Source of the DNA: Guillardia theta CCMP2712
Taxonomy: Eukaryota > Protista > Cryptophyta
Assembly: GCF_000315625.1 (NCBI RefSeq)
Contig: NW_005434636.1
Coordinates: 1 to 64,000, forward strand
Direction of reading: 5' to 3'
DNA length: 64,000 bases
The notes beneath the pieces were generated by a model. That model ran no database searches, was not told the origin of the DNA, and saw only the letters and a program-made list of their open reading frames with translations. Shown here one piece after another: positions 12,080-24,831 of the stretch. Every line of letters begins with the position of its first letter. The stretch's first letter is position 1. Position numbers and translations under genes: made by a program.

Positions 12080-13260
12080 CCTTATCCCAACGTAGATGTT
12101 CTCGAGACCCCTTCCTCCCCGCCCCCACAAGCTTGACCCCCTCCCATTCTCTTCATTGCATTTACGAAAATATTTTTAGAGTGATTGACTAACGAAGGGT
12201 GGTAGTTGAAAGGGTGGTGGTGGGTACGAACACCACAAGGAAATCCCGAAGAAGTCAGAGGGCAAGCAGTACCAAGGGGGAGGGGTGAAGCTTCTTTACT
12301 TTCCTCCAGGAGGGGGTAGGGTACACATCCACTGGGAACCCCTTGCTCTCCACCCCCACCCCCTCTCCTATGAAAACTACAAAGTTTTAACACAGCCTGT
12401 GGGTGGGTAGGTGGGGGTGAGGAGGATGACAGGAAGAAGTACCCCGACAATGACAGTTTTCTACACGGGTCATCAATAGAGATTTAGGTCAAAGCCTGAC
12501 TACCTACCCCTCACTGCAATGTGATCCCTACCCATCTTTTTACCTGAAATCTATTCTGAGAATTGTATAAACTTGTTGGCGATGATGACCCTACCTTAAG
12601 GCACAGACAGGCGCAAGGACATGTCAAGCTTGAGTGTTGGGGATACATGTATCCTCTTTTCCTATTTCTTCTCTATTACGAGAAGCCTATGTCTCCAGCC
12701 CCTCTCTATCAAGAACCGTATTGGGAACCCTACCCCTTCTTAATCGCAAGTTCTTTATTGATTGTCCTACGGAACTACCCCTACGGGGGTCATCTCGACG
12801 TACCTATTGCCTTTGAGGCTGACCACCCGTCCTCCAGTCTCATCCCCAATTTTTGACCGGCATTGTGAATAACCCCACCCCCCTGAATGCTAGATCTTGC
12901 ATGATGGAGGACCCGGATGATTGCAGCCAATTCAAGCGATCACCCACCCATGAAACTATTGGACCCACCTATGTGACAGGGACCTTCCCACCCTGTCTTA
13001 TTCTTGCTTTCAATTGGTCTACCCCAGTGAAATTCCAACCTTCACAAACCACCCGTACGATTCAATCTCGGTGTGAACTTACCTATGAATACCCGACAGA
13101 AGCTGGTAAATGAAGGGGTATCTAAAGCAAGTTACTGGACCCTACCCACATTTTATCACCGGTCTCCCAGAGAGTTCACCCCTACCCTATCTCTTCGATG
13201 ACCCCACCAACTAATTCCTCTAGTGCATGACCGTCAGTCCCCTCCACCCCTCCCTCAAAC
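12080..13260. promoter_or_regulatory. GGGGTA/TACCCC-rich intergenic island upstream of the MYB gene
   Basis: High density of GGGTA(G)/CTACCC motifs whose bias flips from G-rich to C-rich near 12490; regulatory role is inferred from position only. Confidence 0.35.
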
Positions 13261-13651
13261 CGGCCCCCCTTTTTTTATTTCCTCCTTCGCTTCCCGCCTC
13301 CTCCGATTCCCCTTGCCCTCCATCCTGCTCTTATCTCCCCTCCTCCCCCCTTCCCCCTTCCCCCTTCCCTCTCCCTCCTTCCCCCTCCCCCTCCCCTCTC
13401 CTCGCCACTTCTTTCTATCTCGTCATCACACTCATCTTGGGATTGGACAATCCCTGGACAAACGATACTACCTTCTCGGAGACAGGCTACTTTGTCTTGC
13501 AGCTTCGCGCAGCTCGTAGTCCGTCAGAGAAGTAAATGAACTTTGATTCACACCAGAATACCATAGAAATCGTTCAATCCTCCAGTCACTTCTGCTGATC
13601 TCTCTGCATTCAAGTTGATTTCAAAATCAACACCTTTTGCTTTGCTGGGCC

Positions 13652-15147
13652 ATGATAACGAGTAATTTCAACCTGGTATGATTTGTCTTTCAGTGTGAGA
13701 CAAGGTATCTAACTTCTTTCTTAGGCACCCAAATATGCAACCGAATCGCCCTCCAGCTCCTCATCAATCAAATTGGAAGATGGGGGCAACGCTGACGACT
13801 CGTGTGACCAATCGCGACGGCCATGGTCACAAGAGGTAACAACAACATTCTGTAATGTCTCATTTCTCACTTTCTTTCTTTCAGGAGGATGAGCTCATTA
13901 TGAGTTTGGTTGCACAACATGGAACCAAGAACTGGTCGCTCATTGGTTCTCATCTGCAATTTCGCAGTGGAAAGCAGTGCAGAGAGAGATACAAGAATCA
14001 GCTTGATCCAACCATCCGTCGTGGACCGTGGACTCCCGAGGAGGACAGGGCAATTGTTGCTGCGCAAGAACGGCTTGGCAACCGTTGGACTGAAATCGCA
14101 AAGTTGCTTCCTGGACGCACGGACAATGCCATCAAGAACCACTGGAACTCAACCTTGTACCGCAAAAGGGAGCAGCTGCTGCAAGAAAACTACGAGCTCA
14201 AAAGGTTGAATCCTGGCAGCGGAATCGATGGACTGTTTGATATCGAGAACAATCGTGTTCTCGCTGGCTCGCGACCTTCTTCTCCCACCTCCTCTTTTAT
14301 GGAACAAGGGGGATGCTTGATCACTCCAAGCGAATTGGTGCAGCATGTCGTACACTTGCAAAAGCTGTCTGCTCTGTTTGCATCCACACCATGTATGCAA
14401 GATATTCGAGCTTGCATCCCCGTGATTGCAAAGGACATCAAGGCATCGTCATCTGACGAGAGCCTGTGGGGTACAAGCTCGGATGAAGCTGAGAATTCCA
14501 TTGAGATGGAGAGCGAACAGTGTTGGGAATCAGAAGTCGAGGCTTGCATCACCGACTGTGCGTCACTTGAACAAATGTCAAAGTACGAAGATGGTTGTGC
14601 TCTCGGAGATATCAGCATGGACACGGAACAGTTTGACGAAGACAGTCTAAACGCCGTGTTTGGCTCCAACGATGGTGAAACGACCTGTTCTCCGAAGTGG
14701 AAGGATATGACTGAGTTTGCTGCGGGATGTGTGAGCCCAAGCTTGTTTCTCGGCCAGTACGAAACCTTGGATGAATCCATTGAGAGCTGCTTCAACGTTC
14801 AAGAAGGTTCAGACGCTGTCATGTCTGACGATGAATCAGTCCCACAAATGGAGAACTGCTTGCCGGAAGCCACATCACCGAACTCCATGACTGCCAAACC
14901 AGCGCAGAAGCCCGTCAAACTTGCTATCGCACTTGCCAAGAACAGAATCAAAGAGAAGGCGGTGGCTCTCGCTAAAATTTCCGGCAAGAATCGCCCAACA
15001 AGGGCTGCAGCTGTCGCGGCTGTTACTCGCTTTAAAGAGACGATTTCGCACGTCCTGAAGAAAACGAACAAGTCAGGGTCGAGCTGCGTTCGGACGCCTT
15101 CAAAGCGTCCTCCTGCCCTTAACATTCGTGCTTTACAGACGGCGTGA
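13652..15147 (+). CDS. R2R3-type MYB transcription factor (3 exons predicted)
   Basis: [80 protein letters not shown]; in-frame upstream exons via introns starting at 13676 and 13836. Confidence 0.92.
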
Positions 15148-15561
15148 GAGCATAAGCTGCATTTTGCGCTGGCCTCACGCCATGCATGGGATGTCTACCC
15201 GCAGGTCTTCCAGCTCGTCGAGACTCTTTTCTACCGATCTCTCAATTTCTACGTTTGCTCCTTTTATCTATCTATCATATCTACTCTTTTCTTGTTTGAT
15301 GGACGATGAGTGAGTTGAGCAGTCGTCAGTGCATGCTGGCAGCCACAGGCGCCGCTGCTGATTTTGCTCCTCTTCTCGTTTGTCTCTACGTTTGTCTCTT
15401 GGTTTGCTCCTAATTCTCTTAGCGCTCCTTGTTGTTGATGCGCTCTAATAAAGTTAGTTTTGCTAATTAGCTTCGATTATTATTCCGATCTGGAACGGTA
15501 GAATCATTGGTTGGCCGTGTTATCATGTGACTTCAGTATGACGAGCTTACAATGAGTTTAT

Positions 15562-17580
15562 TCACCGCCTCCCCTTCTGCATCATCGCTTGCTCGGGTGT
15601 CAGCCCGCACATGTCGGGCCCGCAGAACTGCCAAACAATCACTGTTCATCCCACCTCGCTCCTTTTCTCTGCTCTTCTCCTTGCAGTCAGCTTCCTCGCG
15701 CCTCCTGGTTCTCACCGGCAGTTGTACGCCTTGGCTAAAGGCTACCATCTGCTTCTCCATGACGCCAGGAGGAAGAAATCCTGCGAATAGGCAGACAAGA
15801 AGTGAGAGGAGGCTCAAGAGCAGGAAGGAGGCAACAGACAAAGCAGAAGAGCTGGGGTGAATTAAACCTGTCAAGGTCGTGAGAAGAGTGCGATCAGCTG
15901 AGATGAACGCAAAATGCGGGATGGCGTCCACGCGGAAGAGATTGACCAGCCTGTCAGAGAGCTGACGTAAGGCAAGAAAGAGGGAGAAGGATAGCAACGA
16001 GGGACGAATAGGAGCTGTTGCAGAGCAGGAGAAAAAAGATCCTCTACTTACTGTGAGTTCGCGTCCTTCTCCGCATCAAGAACAACAAAGTTAATCTGCT
16101 CAGAGCATCAAAATCAGACGCAATGAAATTGGCCAAGATCTCGTTGTCTGCCTGTGACTCTGACAATGCCAATTTCGTTGTTGTCAACTCCATCCTCTTC
16201 TCGTTTCCTCACCTTGTCGCTCCCATACTGCTGCTCCAATGTCTTCATCGTCTTCGCCATTGCCTGCTCACTTTCGTCACTGATCTCTTCACGTCCTCTT
16301 GTCCTTCCTCCCCTATTACCTTGCAGTCCCCGCACCATTTGGCGTAGAACTCGATGACGGTTGGTCTGCCTGACTGCAGGGAAGCCTTGCAAGGTCTCAG
16401 CAACTAGCAGGAGGATACAAGTTGGTCACCGCAAGAGTCGGGGAGGTAGCTTCCATGCTTCGCAGGATAGCCAAGGGATCCTGAGAGGAGCGCTTAAGAT
16501 ACAGATGAGATAACAATGAAAGAGACGGTTGGTGAGATACGAGACAAGAAATTGAAATGATGGTTTCATCGAGAAAGAGAAAAAGCGAGCGTAGGAAGTT
16601 AGCAAATGTAGGCGAGAGAAAGCGACGTGGAGAGAAAGAGGGAGATATGGGGCAGAAAGAGAGCGAAGAAGAGAGATAGAGCGCGAGAAAGAGCGAGGGA
16701 AGAGACAAATCAACGCAGAAGACGAAGCGATCTGCACAAGACTCACTGCTGGAATTTGCCGCTTCAGCCAGGCAGCTCCAGCACCTGTGGGACTATGAGG
16801 GCGACTGATCCAGAGAAACGGAAAACAAGGAAAACATCATGAGAGAAGGAAGGCAAAAGGCATGAGAAGAGCCGTTGGCACTGGTGAGATTACAGAGGAG
16901 GTGAGAAAAGGGGATCTCACGACTTGCAGTTTTTGTTAGGGAGGGAGGGAGCCGAAGATGGAAGAGGAGATGAAATATTTACCAAGAACAGGAGACGCGA
17001 TGGCTAAAAGGATGTTGCGCCTTCGCTCGAAGATAGCCTCCTCATTGTCGTTCAAAGAGGCCTGGCAGAAATGTAAAAAGACAAGAGGAGAGGAGGAAAG
17101 GAGAACAGAGTACAATGTGTGTACCAGTCAAGGACAGGAGAGAAGAGAAAAAGGAAGAAAAGAGGATAGAAGAGGGGGCGGGACAAGGGTATTGGACCTG
17201 CTCTGAAAGTCTGGCAAGCTCTAAGGGGGACAGATTGAAACGAACAGCTTCCTTTGGTTGAGTACTCGCAAGTTTCTGCAGCTTGCAATCAGCGCAAGCA
17301 AACGAAACAATGGACCTGCCTGTAGCATAGACAGCGATTTCGTATCCTCGCCTATTCCTGCTGTTGATTTTTGTCCCTCCATTGCTTCACTGTCTGCACT
17401 CATTCTCCTCGAGCACATTCTGCAGTTCACTGCTCTTCTCTTGTCATAGCCAGCGAGATTCGGCGATAGGAAGGAGGAAACATGCTGAGCTGAGAGGAGG
17501 CAGAGGAGGAGGAGGGAAGAGGGCGAAGCTGTTCGCCCAGCCAGAGATCTTGACGAGAACATACAAGACCTTGCGCTCAT
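15562..17580 (-). CDS. Plastid-targeted HCF164/TxlA-like thioredoxin (multi-exon)
   Basis: Spliced SGRPTVIEFYAKWCGDCKAMAKTMKTLEQQYG..INFVVLD..FRVDAIPHFAFI; bipartite presequence LLLLCLLSAQHVSS-FL. Confidence 0.75.
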
Positions 17581-18383
17581 CGAAGATTTGACTCGCGTTG
17601 CTTCTGCTGGCATAGGGAGAGATGTCAAGAATTCAACGTTTGAGGTACGAGAAAGAATCAAAAAACATGCAACACTGCCAAGGGCAACGAGTAGAAAGAG
17701 AGCTAACTGCAGAGATATCAGTCCTGCCCTTGCTTGCTTATCTGCATCTTCCCTCCCATCACTTGTCTCCCTCCTATCTACTCCCTGAGGACATGGAAGC
17801 GGCCTTGCCTTTATTTATCGACCACCCCTGCCCCCTAGATTCCTGTCGTATACCCACCCGTCCTTTCTCACTCCACCCCCACCCCTTCGTACCTCGGATG
17901 ATTTGGGGGTAAACATTCCTACCCAACCTCCTTTTGTGAGATTTTTCTAATGGGGTGGGGTAGAGAAATTCGATCAGGTGTGGACAAATGCAAAACAAGG
18001 ATGATGCAGATGGAACAACACAAGAGATGAAGCGAGAAGAGATCAGAAAGTGGCTGTACGTCATTTGAGAAGCGTTCTACTTCCTTTCATGAGAAGGGAG
18101 ACTAGGGAACACACAGGTCGGTAGATGTCAAGAGAAATAGGATCGATGACGGGCAAAGCAGGGGAAGAGAGCGTGTGTGTAGCTGAGGGAAAGCAAATCA
18201 AGGGATAAGAGTGATGATGCAGACCGCGGAGATGGAGTAGCATAAATGGACGGTGAAAGAGGCGCGACGGCATGGTTGAGTTTAGCTTCTTCATTGTAGA
18301 TCATATGAATGCGAGCGACGGTGACTGGTTGTTTCATTCTAATTGATCCTTGTCAGCAGGTCATTGTCTGGTTGGCGTGGCTC

Positions 18384-20554
18384 ATGTCGGAAGGAGAGGA
18401 GCAGCAGAAAAGCATCGCAGAAGGTATCGACCCTTCCATCTCTCTCTCTCTCTTGCTGAGTCAGCGAGCAGGGGAGAAAGACGGGAATGGATCGTTTGTG
18501 ATGGTGGACGCGAAAGAGAACATGCCCACGTCTGAGAACAACGAGAGTACGAAGAAAGGATTCTTCGGGAGGATGGGTAGCTCCATCAGCAAGAAAATTA
18601 AGTTTCCCTCCTTCTCCTCCTCCAAGGAATCCGCAAAGCAAGAGACCTCAGCGCATGACGAGACTTGTGCGAGGAGCAGCCTTCCTCCGCAGGCAGAGCG
18701 GCAGGCAGGAGCAGGTAGCAGGGTGATGATACAAGGGCTCTCAAAGGCACCTCAGTACAACGGCAAGTTTGGGATCGTGAGGGAGGAGGTGGAGGACGAA
18801 CGGCTGGTCGTCGTGCTGGAAGGAAGCGGGAAGGAGCTGAGCGTGAAGCGAGGAAACGTCAAGGTGGTGAGGGGGAGAGAGCAGCGGCAGGGTGTGAACC
18901 CTCTCTCCCTTGCAGTCAACTCCATCCTCAAGCCAAGAATCCCCTCGTCCTCCGACGGCAAGAGCCTCTACGATATCCTTGGGGTGTCAAGGACAGCTAC
19001 AGACAAGGAGCTCAAGGTGGCGTACTACAAGCTGGCAAGAGACTCGCACCCCGACAAGCACCCGGAGGACGCGGAGGCAGACGCCAAGTTCAAGCGCATC
19101 AGTGAAGCTTATCAGATCCTGAGCGACCCGAGGAAGCGACAGATCTACGACCAGCTCGGAGCAGAGGGGCTAGAGGAGAAGATGGGGATGGACGTGGAGA
19201 TGATCAAGTTTCAGATTCAGATGCTCTTCGGGGGAGGAGAGTTCGACGAAATCTTCGGCGAGTTCTGCTCCCTTCCCGAGATGCGTCAGCTCCTCTCCAA
19301 GCTCGAAGAAGAGCTTCTCAAGAATCCCGTGCAGGAGACGCCGCCTGCGGTCCTCAAGCAGGACGAGCAGGAGTACTGCCGCATGCTCTCCCAGAAGCTC
19401 CTCTCCCGCCTCGAGGCGCGAGTGAAGGGCAGGAGGTCCAAGGCCGAGTTCGCAGAGGACAGCAGGACCTGGTGCAAGTCGCTGCTGGAAGCACCTGGAG
19501 GGCCTGACCTGGTGCTGATCACTGGGAACGCGTGGAGGAGAAAGGCAAGGAAGCTGGGGGGAGGGATCACCGGGTTCATGCAGGGGATCAAAGACATGAA
19601 GAACGACCTCTCAGAGCAGACGAGCATCCTTTACGGCCTCATCAAATGCAGCAGGATCGCAGGGAAAATCTCCAGCGAGAGTGAGAAAAAATCAGGGAAG
19701 TCACTGGGGGTTGGAGGGGGAGGCGCGTGCGCAGCGATTGACGAGAAGAGCAACGAAGAGAAAACACGGAAGTGCTCAAACATGACTGCGGGACGAGACG
19801 AGCAAGTGAACAATGCAAAGGAAGAGGCAGCGGCAGCGGCAGCGGCAGCGGCAGGAGGAGGAAGAACGGATAACAAAGTGCCACTTCACGAAACGAGCAA
19901 CTCAGAGCGGGCGGATTCCGGGGAGGAGGAAGTCAGAGGAGAGGAGTGGAAAGAGATTGAGGAAGGAGATGAAGTGGATGACATCGGTCTTGATGTGGAT
20001 CCAGAGCTGGTGAGACGTTATCCCACTCCCTCTCCCTCCTCGCTTTTCTCCTCCTCTCTGGCATTCTTCCTCTCCCTCCCTCCCCCTAGTCCTCTACCTC
20101 TGTTCGTTTCTCCTGTTTTCTGTCCTCATCATTTTCCAGCTCTCCTCTGTTATGTGTTCCCTCTCTTCTCTCTGCTACCCTCTCTCTTTCTTGCTCCTTC
20201 CTATCCTCCTGCTTATCTGATTTGCTTCAGATCCACAAGTTCGCCAAAAAGAGCATCGACCTGATGTGGCGTATCGGCCTCGTCCTGCTCAACATCCGAA
20301 TCCGCAAGGTGGTCGACGTTGCGTTCGCTGGCACCAGTGACAAGAAGGTGAGGAGGAGGACGAGACGAGGAGGTGGGGGAGGAGGTGGGAGGGGAATGAA
20401 GGGTGGGGCGAGTAAGGATGAGACTGACACGCAGCAGGTGAAGCAAGCGATGGCTGGTGCTTTGCTAGAGATGGGCGAGACGTTCCGGTCGGTATGGGAG
20501 GAGAAGGCAAAAGAGACAGGTGAGGGAAGGGGGATACAAGGAGAGAAAGACTAG
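18384..20554 (+). CDS. DnaJ-domain protein with DnaJ-X-like region
   Basis: YDILGVSRTATDKELKVAYYKLARDSHPDK..KFKRISEAYQILSDPRKRQIYD..G; FGGGEF after the J domain; pyrimidine-rich intron ~20010-20230. Confidence 0.88.
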
Positions 20555-20904
20555 GAGAAGAGGGAATGAGAGGAGCGGGGGGGGGGGGCGGGGGGGGGGA
20601 TGGGAGGAAAACAGGGAGAAGTCTCAAAGTCAGCGTGCGAAGGCAGGAAGGAGGAGGAGAAGGAAACTGATGGCTAGCTGCAGGCAAGAAATCTTCTGCG
20701 CCTCTTCACATTGCCGATGAGATTGCGAATCATGCAAGAGAACGACAAGGAGAAGAAGGAAGAGAGAGATAACAGTGTGAATGCATTGATACCATGAACC
20801 GCTCTCTGTCTCTTGCCATTTCATCTCTGGCGTATCTTTACATAACTTGTTTTGTTGTCGGCTACTTGTACAGTTCACTGCTAATCACAGCTCGTTGAGT
20901 TTTG

Positions 20905-22830
20905 TCAGACGTAGCCAAAGGCGCGATCCAAGTAGGTGAAAAACTGCTGGAAATGTTGTCTACCACTACCATGATGCCTGAAACGAATCAAATCAGAGAA
21001 CTTCCTTCTACTTGAAACTTTCTCTCAATACTCCGTGTCAGACTTTCATCTATTTTTGATAACGAAAATCTCCACACCTTTCCTCTCCCGTGATTCTCTG
21101 CACTCTCCTGCCAATTGATCTCTCTCCTGTCCGCTCTTGCTCCCTCCCCTCCCCTTCTCTCCCCTCCCCACCTCATCCTCCGCTCTCATTCCTTCCCCTT
21201 CTCCTTTCTGATCGTGTTCTCCCACTCACTTCTCATGAGCTGGTGGCCCTCCAAGAATCCCCAAGGGAACAAGCCGATGAAGCATCCAGGGAATGTCAAA
21301 ACCGCTGACGGTAAAATGAAACATCAACCCAGAGGAGAAGAAACAACTGTAAAGACAACACACGACAGGACAGAGACTGAAGAGGTGGAGAGAAAGTGTA
21401 TGTGATGACAACCTGTGCAACTCTGTCAACATGTAGGTGATGACGACGTTATGGATGGCACGAGACTGTCTGCTGTCAAAATTGCGAAGAGACATCACAA
21501 GAGGTCACCATGGGGTGCGATCGAACCAGGTGCAAGGTGATAATGTTGGTCATCACCTGAGGACAACAATGTCATTGCAACCATCACATGAATCTTGATC
21601 AAAGTTTCGTGAATTCTTACTTGCAAGAAACCATCAGCAAAAGAGTGGTTGACAACTTGAGTCGCTTCTAAAGGATGTTTCCCTGATGAGTTCGTTTCTC
21701 CAGTTAAAATATAAAAGGCAGAACGGCAAAAACACATAGAAAAGCACAGAACAGGAAAACATAACATCGGTTGACTCCAGACACGATATGTTCGGAGACA
21801 AGAACATATCATTGTGGTCTTACTGTGTGGTCAAACACAAGAAGGAGACTCACTGTGATGTACAGCATGTCCAAGAAATCCAAGATATTTCAACTACCCA
21901 CGTCAGAATATCAGGTGAGCAACCTATGAGCATAATCTGAGCCTTCTTCCACCTTATGCATGGAAAGATGAATCCAAAAGAAGAGAAAGTCATAGACAAA
22001 AATTCCAAGGAAAACTTGCGAAAGGAGTCTGACAACATTGTCAAGGACTAACAAACAAGTTGAGATTTCATAAGTAATCCTTACAGAATCGTGCTCGGAG
22101 CCTCATGTGGCAACTTTCTGGCATTGCGGGTTATTCTCTTTTACAGATGAGATTATTTTTCTACCGCCGAGGAAACAACATGTCGAAGAGGAAGAGAGGA
22201 ACGAGATAGGCCAACAGAGATTTGACTGCATGAGGAGGAGGAAGGTAGTTGCTGCGAAACACATGAGCGGCAGCGTTCGCTCACAACGTCTTGTACCTCT
22301 CGCGCATCTCCTCGTCGATGATCTTAAACTTTCGAGCAAAATCTCACATTTCTCTCATAACCGTACATCCTTTCACCTTCCTCCACTGTTGACTTCTGTC
22401 GATCAACCTGAACATTGCCACCCACACTGCAAACGCGATGGAAGCGACCAAGGGCTCAAAAGTCTCGTTCTTGACTATGCTCATCTGTACTACATTCATT
22501 GAGATTCCAAGTAAGATATCTTACCTCCTTCAAATAATTCCAAATGTCTTGGATTAACTCTGTCAATTTCACACAGTCAACTTAAATATCTAAATGAAAG
22601 ATCACAGGTTTACGGTCGGCAGCACCAATTCTTGTCACGAGGAGCAAGAAAGCAGTCATGATCGCTACTGTTTTAGCAAAAGGATTCAGCTCGCATTTGA
22701 TTCGAGGGCTCTTCACCTCGAAGAGAGAGAGTGGCGTTTGAGATTACCATGTCGGGAAGAAAAGAGGAGACGAAGAGTTGTCTGTATGAGCTTCCAGGTT
22801 CACAAACGAGTCAGCTCTTCCATCACTTAC
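20905..22830 (-). CDS. Fatty acid hydroxylase / sterol desaturase superfamily protein (multi-exon; start uncertain)
   Basis: His boxes recovered across exons: YDFLFFWIHLSMH, HAVHH, ELHSGFDIPW, GGPPAHE.HH..FQQFFTYLDRAFG. Confidence 0.8.
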
Positions 22831-23726
22831 CTTGCTCCTCGTTCACAGCCTGTGGTCTCTAACCTAGTACCCTCCGCCCCTTGCGCTCCCTCCCTTACCC
22901 CCTGGTCTGGTCCCCCTCCAAGGTCCTCCCTTGTACGTCCAGCATCGCTGTCTTTATATCCTTGTAATATTGTTCGAAAAGAGATGCTCTGAATCATTTA
23001 AAACATTATTTTAACACGCTTACAAACGAAATCGAGTCGAGTCCGTCGACTGACTTTCTCTATCCATCTGCCTCTCATTCTTCTCCCCTCCTCAAGCTCT
23101 CCCCTCCCCTCCTCGTCACGAGTCTTTCCTCAGCTCCGAGGAATCAGTCCATCTCCTTCAAGCCTGGAACTTCAAGCCTGGAAGGCCGCTTCGCAACCAT
23201 CCAATTCTCATCCACTCAGTTCCTCGACTTGCTCCTCCACCGCTGCAGTTTGTCTCCCGTTCTAATGATCTTTTTCTCCGGTCCTTTCCCTCCGAGTAAA
23301 CCCTTTTCCTGCGATATCCTTCATCCTTCAGATTATTGTCAGTCTCGCAGCATTCTTCTCCTCTGCCACTTTTTCCCTTCGATCAAGTTTCCTCCTCCAC
23401 ACTTGTCAAGTGAGCTGATGTTACTGGATGCAGTTTGACCGGAAAACAAGTTCACGAGTGATTCTGTCCTGTCAGCCTCAGAATTTCAACGTTTTACATC
23501 TTGTATTTCATTGTTTTCCATCGAACAGCCGCTCATCATGCAGAGCAGATGCAAAATAAACATAAGCGACTGTGTAAATCCCATCAAGCTCAACCATTGC
23601 AAACTTTCCCTTTACGTCAACGTCCTCTGTCTTTAAATTTCCTCTTCTTTTGCCTACTTCAGCACCTAGCCATGATCTGGCCATTGTTCACGAGGTAGCT
23701 TGACTCCTTCCTCCTCCCATCGGGTC

Positions 23727-24361
23727 TCAGAAGGCGTCGAGGGTTCTAGTCGCGAGCGCAAGAGCTTCAAAGAAAGAGTTGACTGAGACGCGCAGCATGC
23801 GGGCATCACAAGCTGCAAACTGAGCGCTGAGAAGCACAATCAGGGCACAAGGCAGAGACAAGACACGAGGTCGCACATGAGGGTCTTGCCGTCTGACGAC
23901 ACTTGCCTGGCAACCTTGTCCTGATGGAGCTCCTCGTCTACCGCAAGAGCTGCGAGCAGTCAACGCACTGAAGACTTTGTTATCGCCATCACCTTGGCTG
24001 ACCATCTCAGCGAACTCCTTGTCGGGATAATCAACAGACAACGAGCTGATGCACGACTCAGCAGCAGCAGCAAAAGAAGAAAAGAAAAAGAAGCACAAGC
24101 ACAAGCACAAGCACAAGCACAAGCACAAGCACAAGCACAAGCACAAGCACAAGCACAAGCACAAGCACAAGCACAAGCACAAGCACAAGCACAAGCACAA
24201 GCACAAGCACAAGCACAAGCACAAGCACAAGCACAAGCACAAGCACAAGCACAAGCACAAGCACAAGCACAAGCACAAGCACAAGCACAAGCACACGACA
24301 AAAGTTCTGACCATCGGTGCTGCATGTTCTCCGGCAGCATGTCAACTCCCACGTTGGACAT
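23727..24361 (-). CDS. PCC1: EKC/KEOPS complex subunit Pcc1/LAGE3 (4 exons, ~91 aa)
   Basis: Spliced [91 protein letters not shown] matches the Pcc1 pattern (L.VD.EL, D.R.LR.SVNSF). Confidence 0.85.
24090..24295. repeat. (AAGCAC)n hexanucleotide microsatellite, ~34 perfect copies, in Pcc1 intron 1
   Basis: Read directly; explains the spurious (AQ)n/(HK)n/(CL)n ORFs. Confidence 0.97.
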
Positions 24362-24831
24362 CCTGCTCGTGAAAGTTCAGCACGAAGGACACGGCGAAGT
24401 TTTATCTCAGCTTCATCATCCTCCACGGCCTCGCTCCCTCCTTTCTTGCCTTGCTCTCTACCTCGTTTGCTCCTCCTCTTGCCTGCTTCTCAGCCCTCCG
24501 CATCTCTGCCTCCCTCTCCTCTCCCCCCTCCCCTCCCCGTCAAACGGTCCTGTACGGGCCTGCCCCAGATCTAGATTTCCAGTGGTAGGAATTCCTTTAG
24601 ATGACCCTCCTTCCCGCCCGCCCTCCTACCTCCCTCCCTCCCGCCCGCCCGCCCTCCGCTCCGCTCCCTCCCTCCCTCCTTCCCGCCCGCCCTCCCCTCC
24701 TTCCCGCCCTTTCTCCTCCCTCCTCCCTCCTCCCTCTTCCATCCTCCCTCCTCCATAATCCCATTAACAGTCTTGCTCTATTACCTCCCTTTTCGGCTTG
24801 AAGTGATCATCCAGTAACAAACGGCGGCAGT

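Noticed and set aside
13415-13535. Possible peptide uORF in the MYB leader
   Set aside because: No AUG start, and conservation cannot be assessed from this window
23960-24758. (AQ)n, (HK)n, (CA)n, (VL)n and (CL)n ORFs
   Set aside because: All are translations of one intronic hexamer microsatellite
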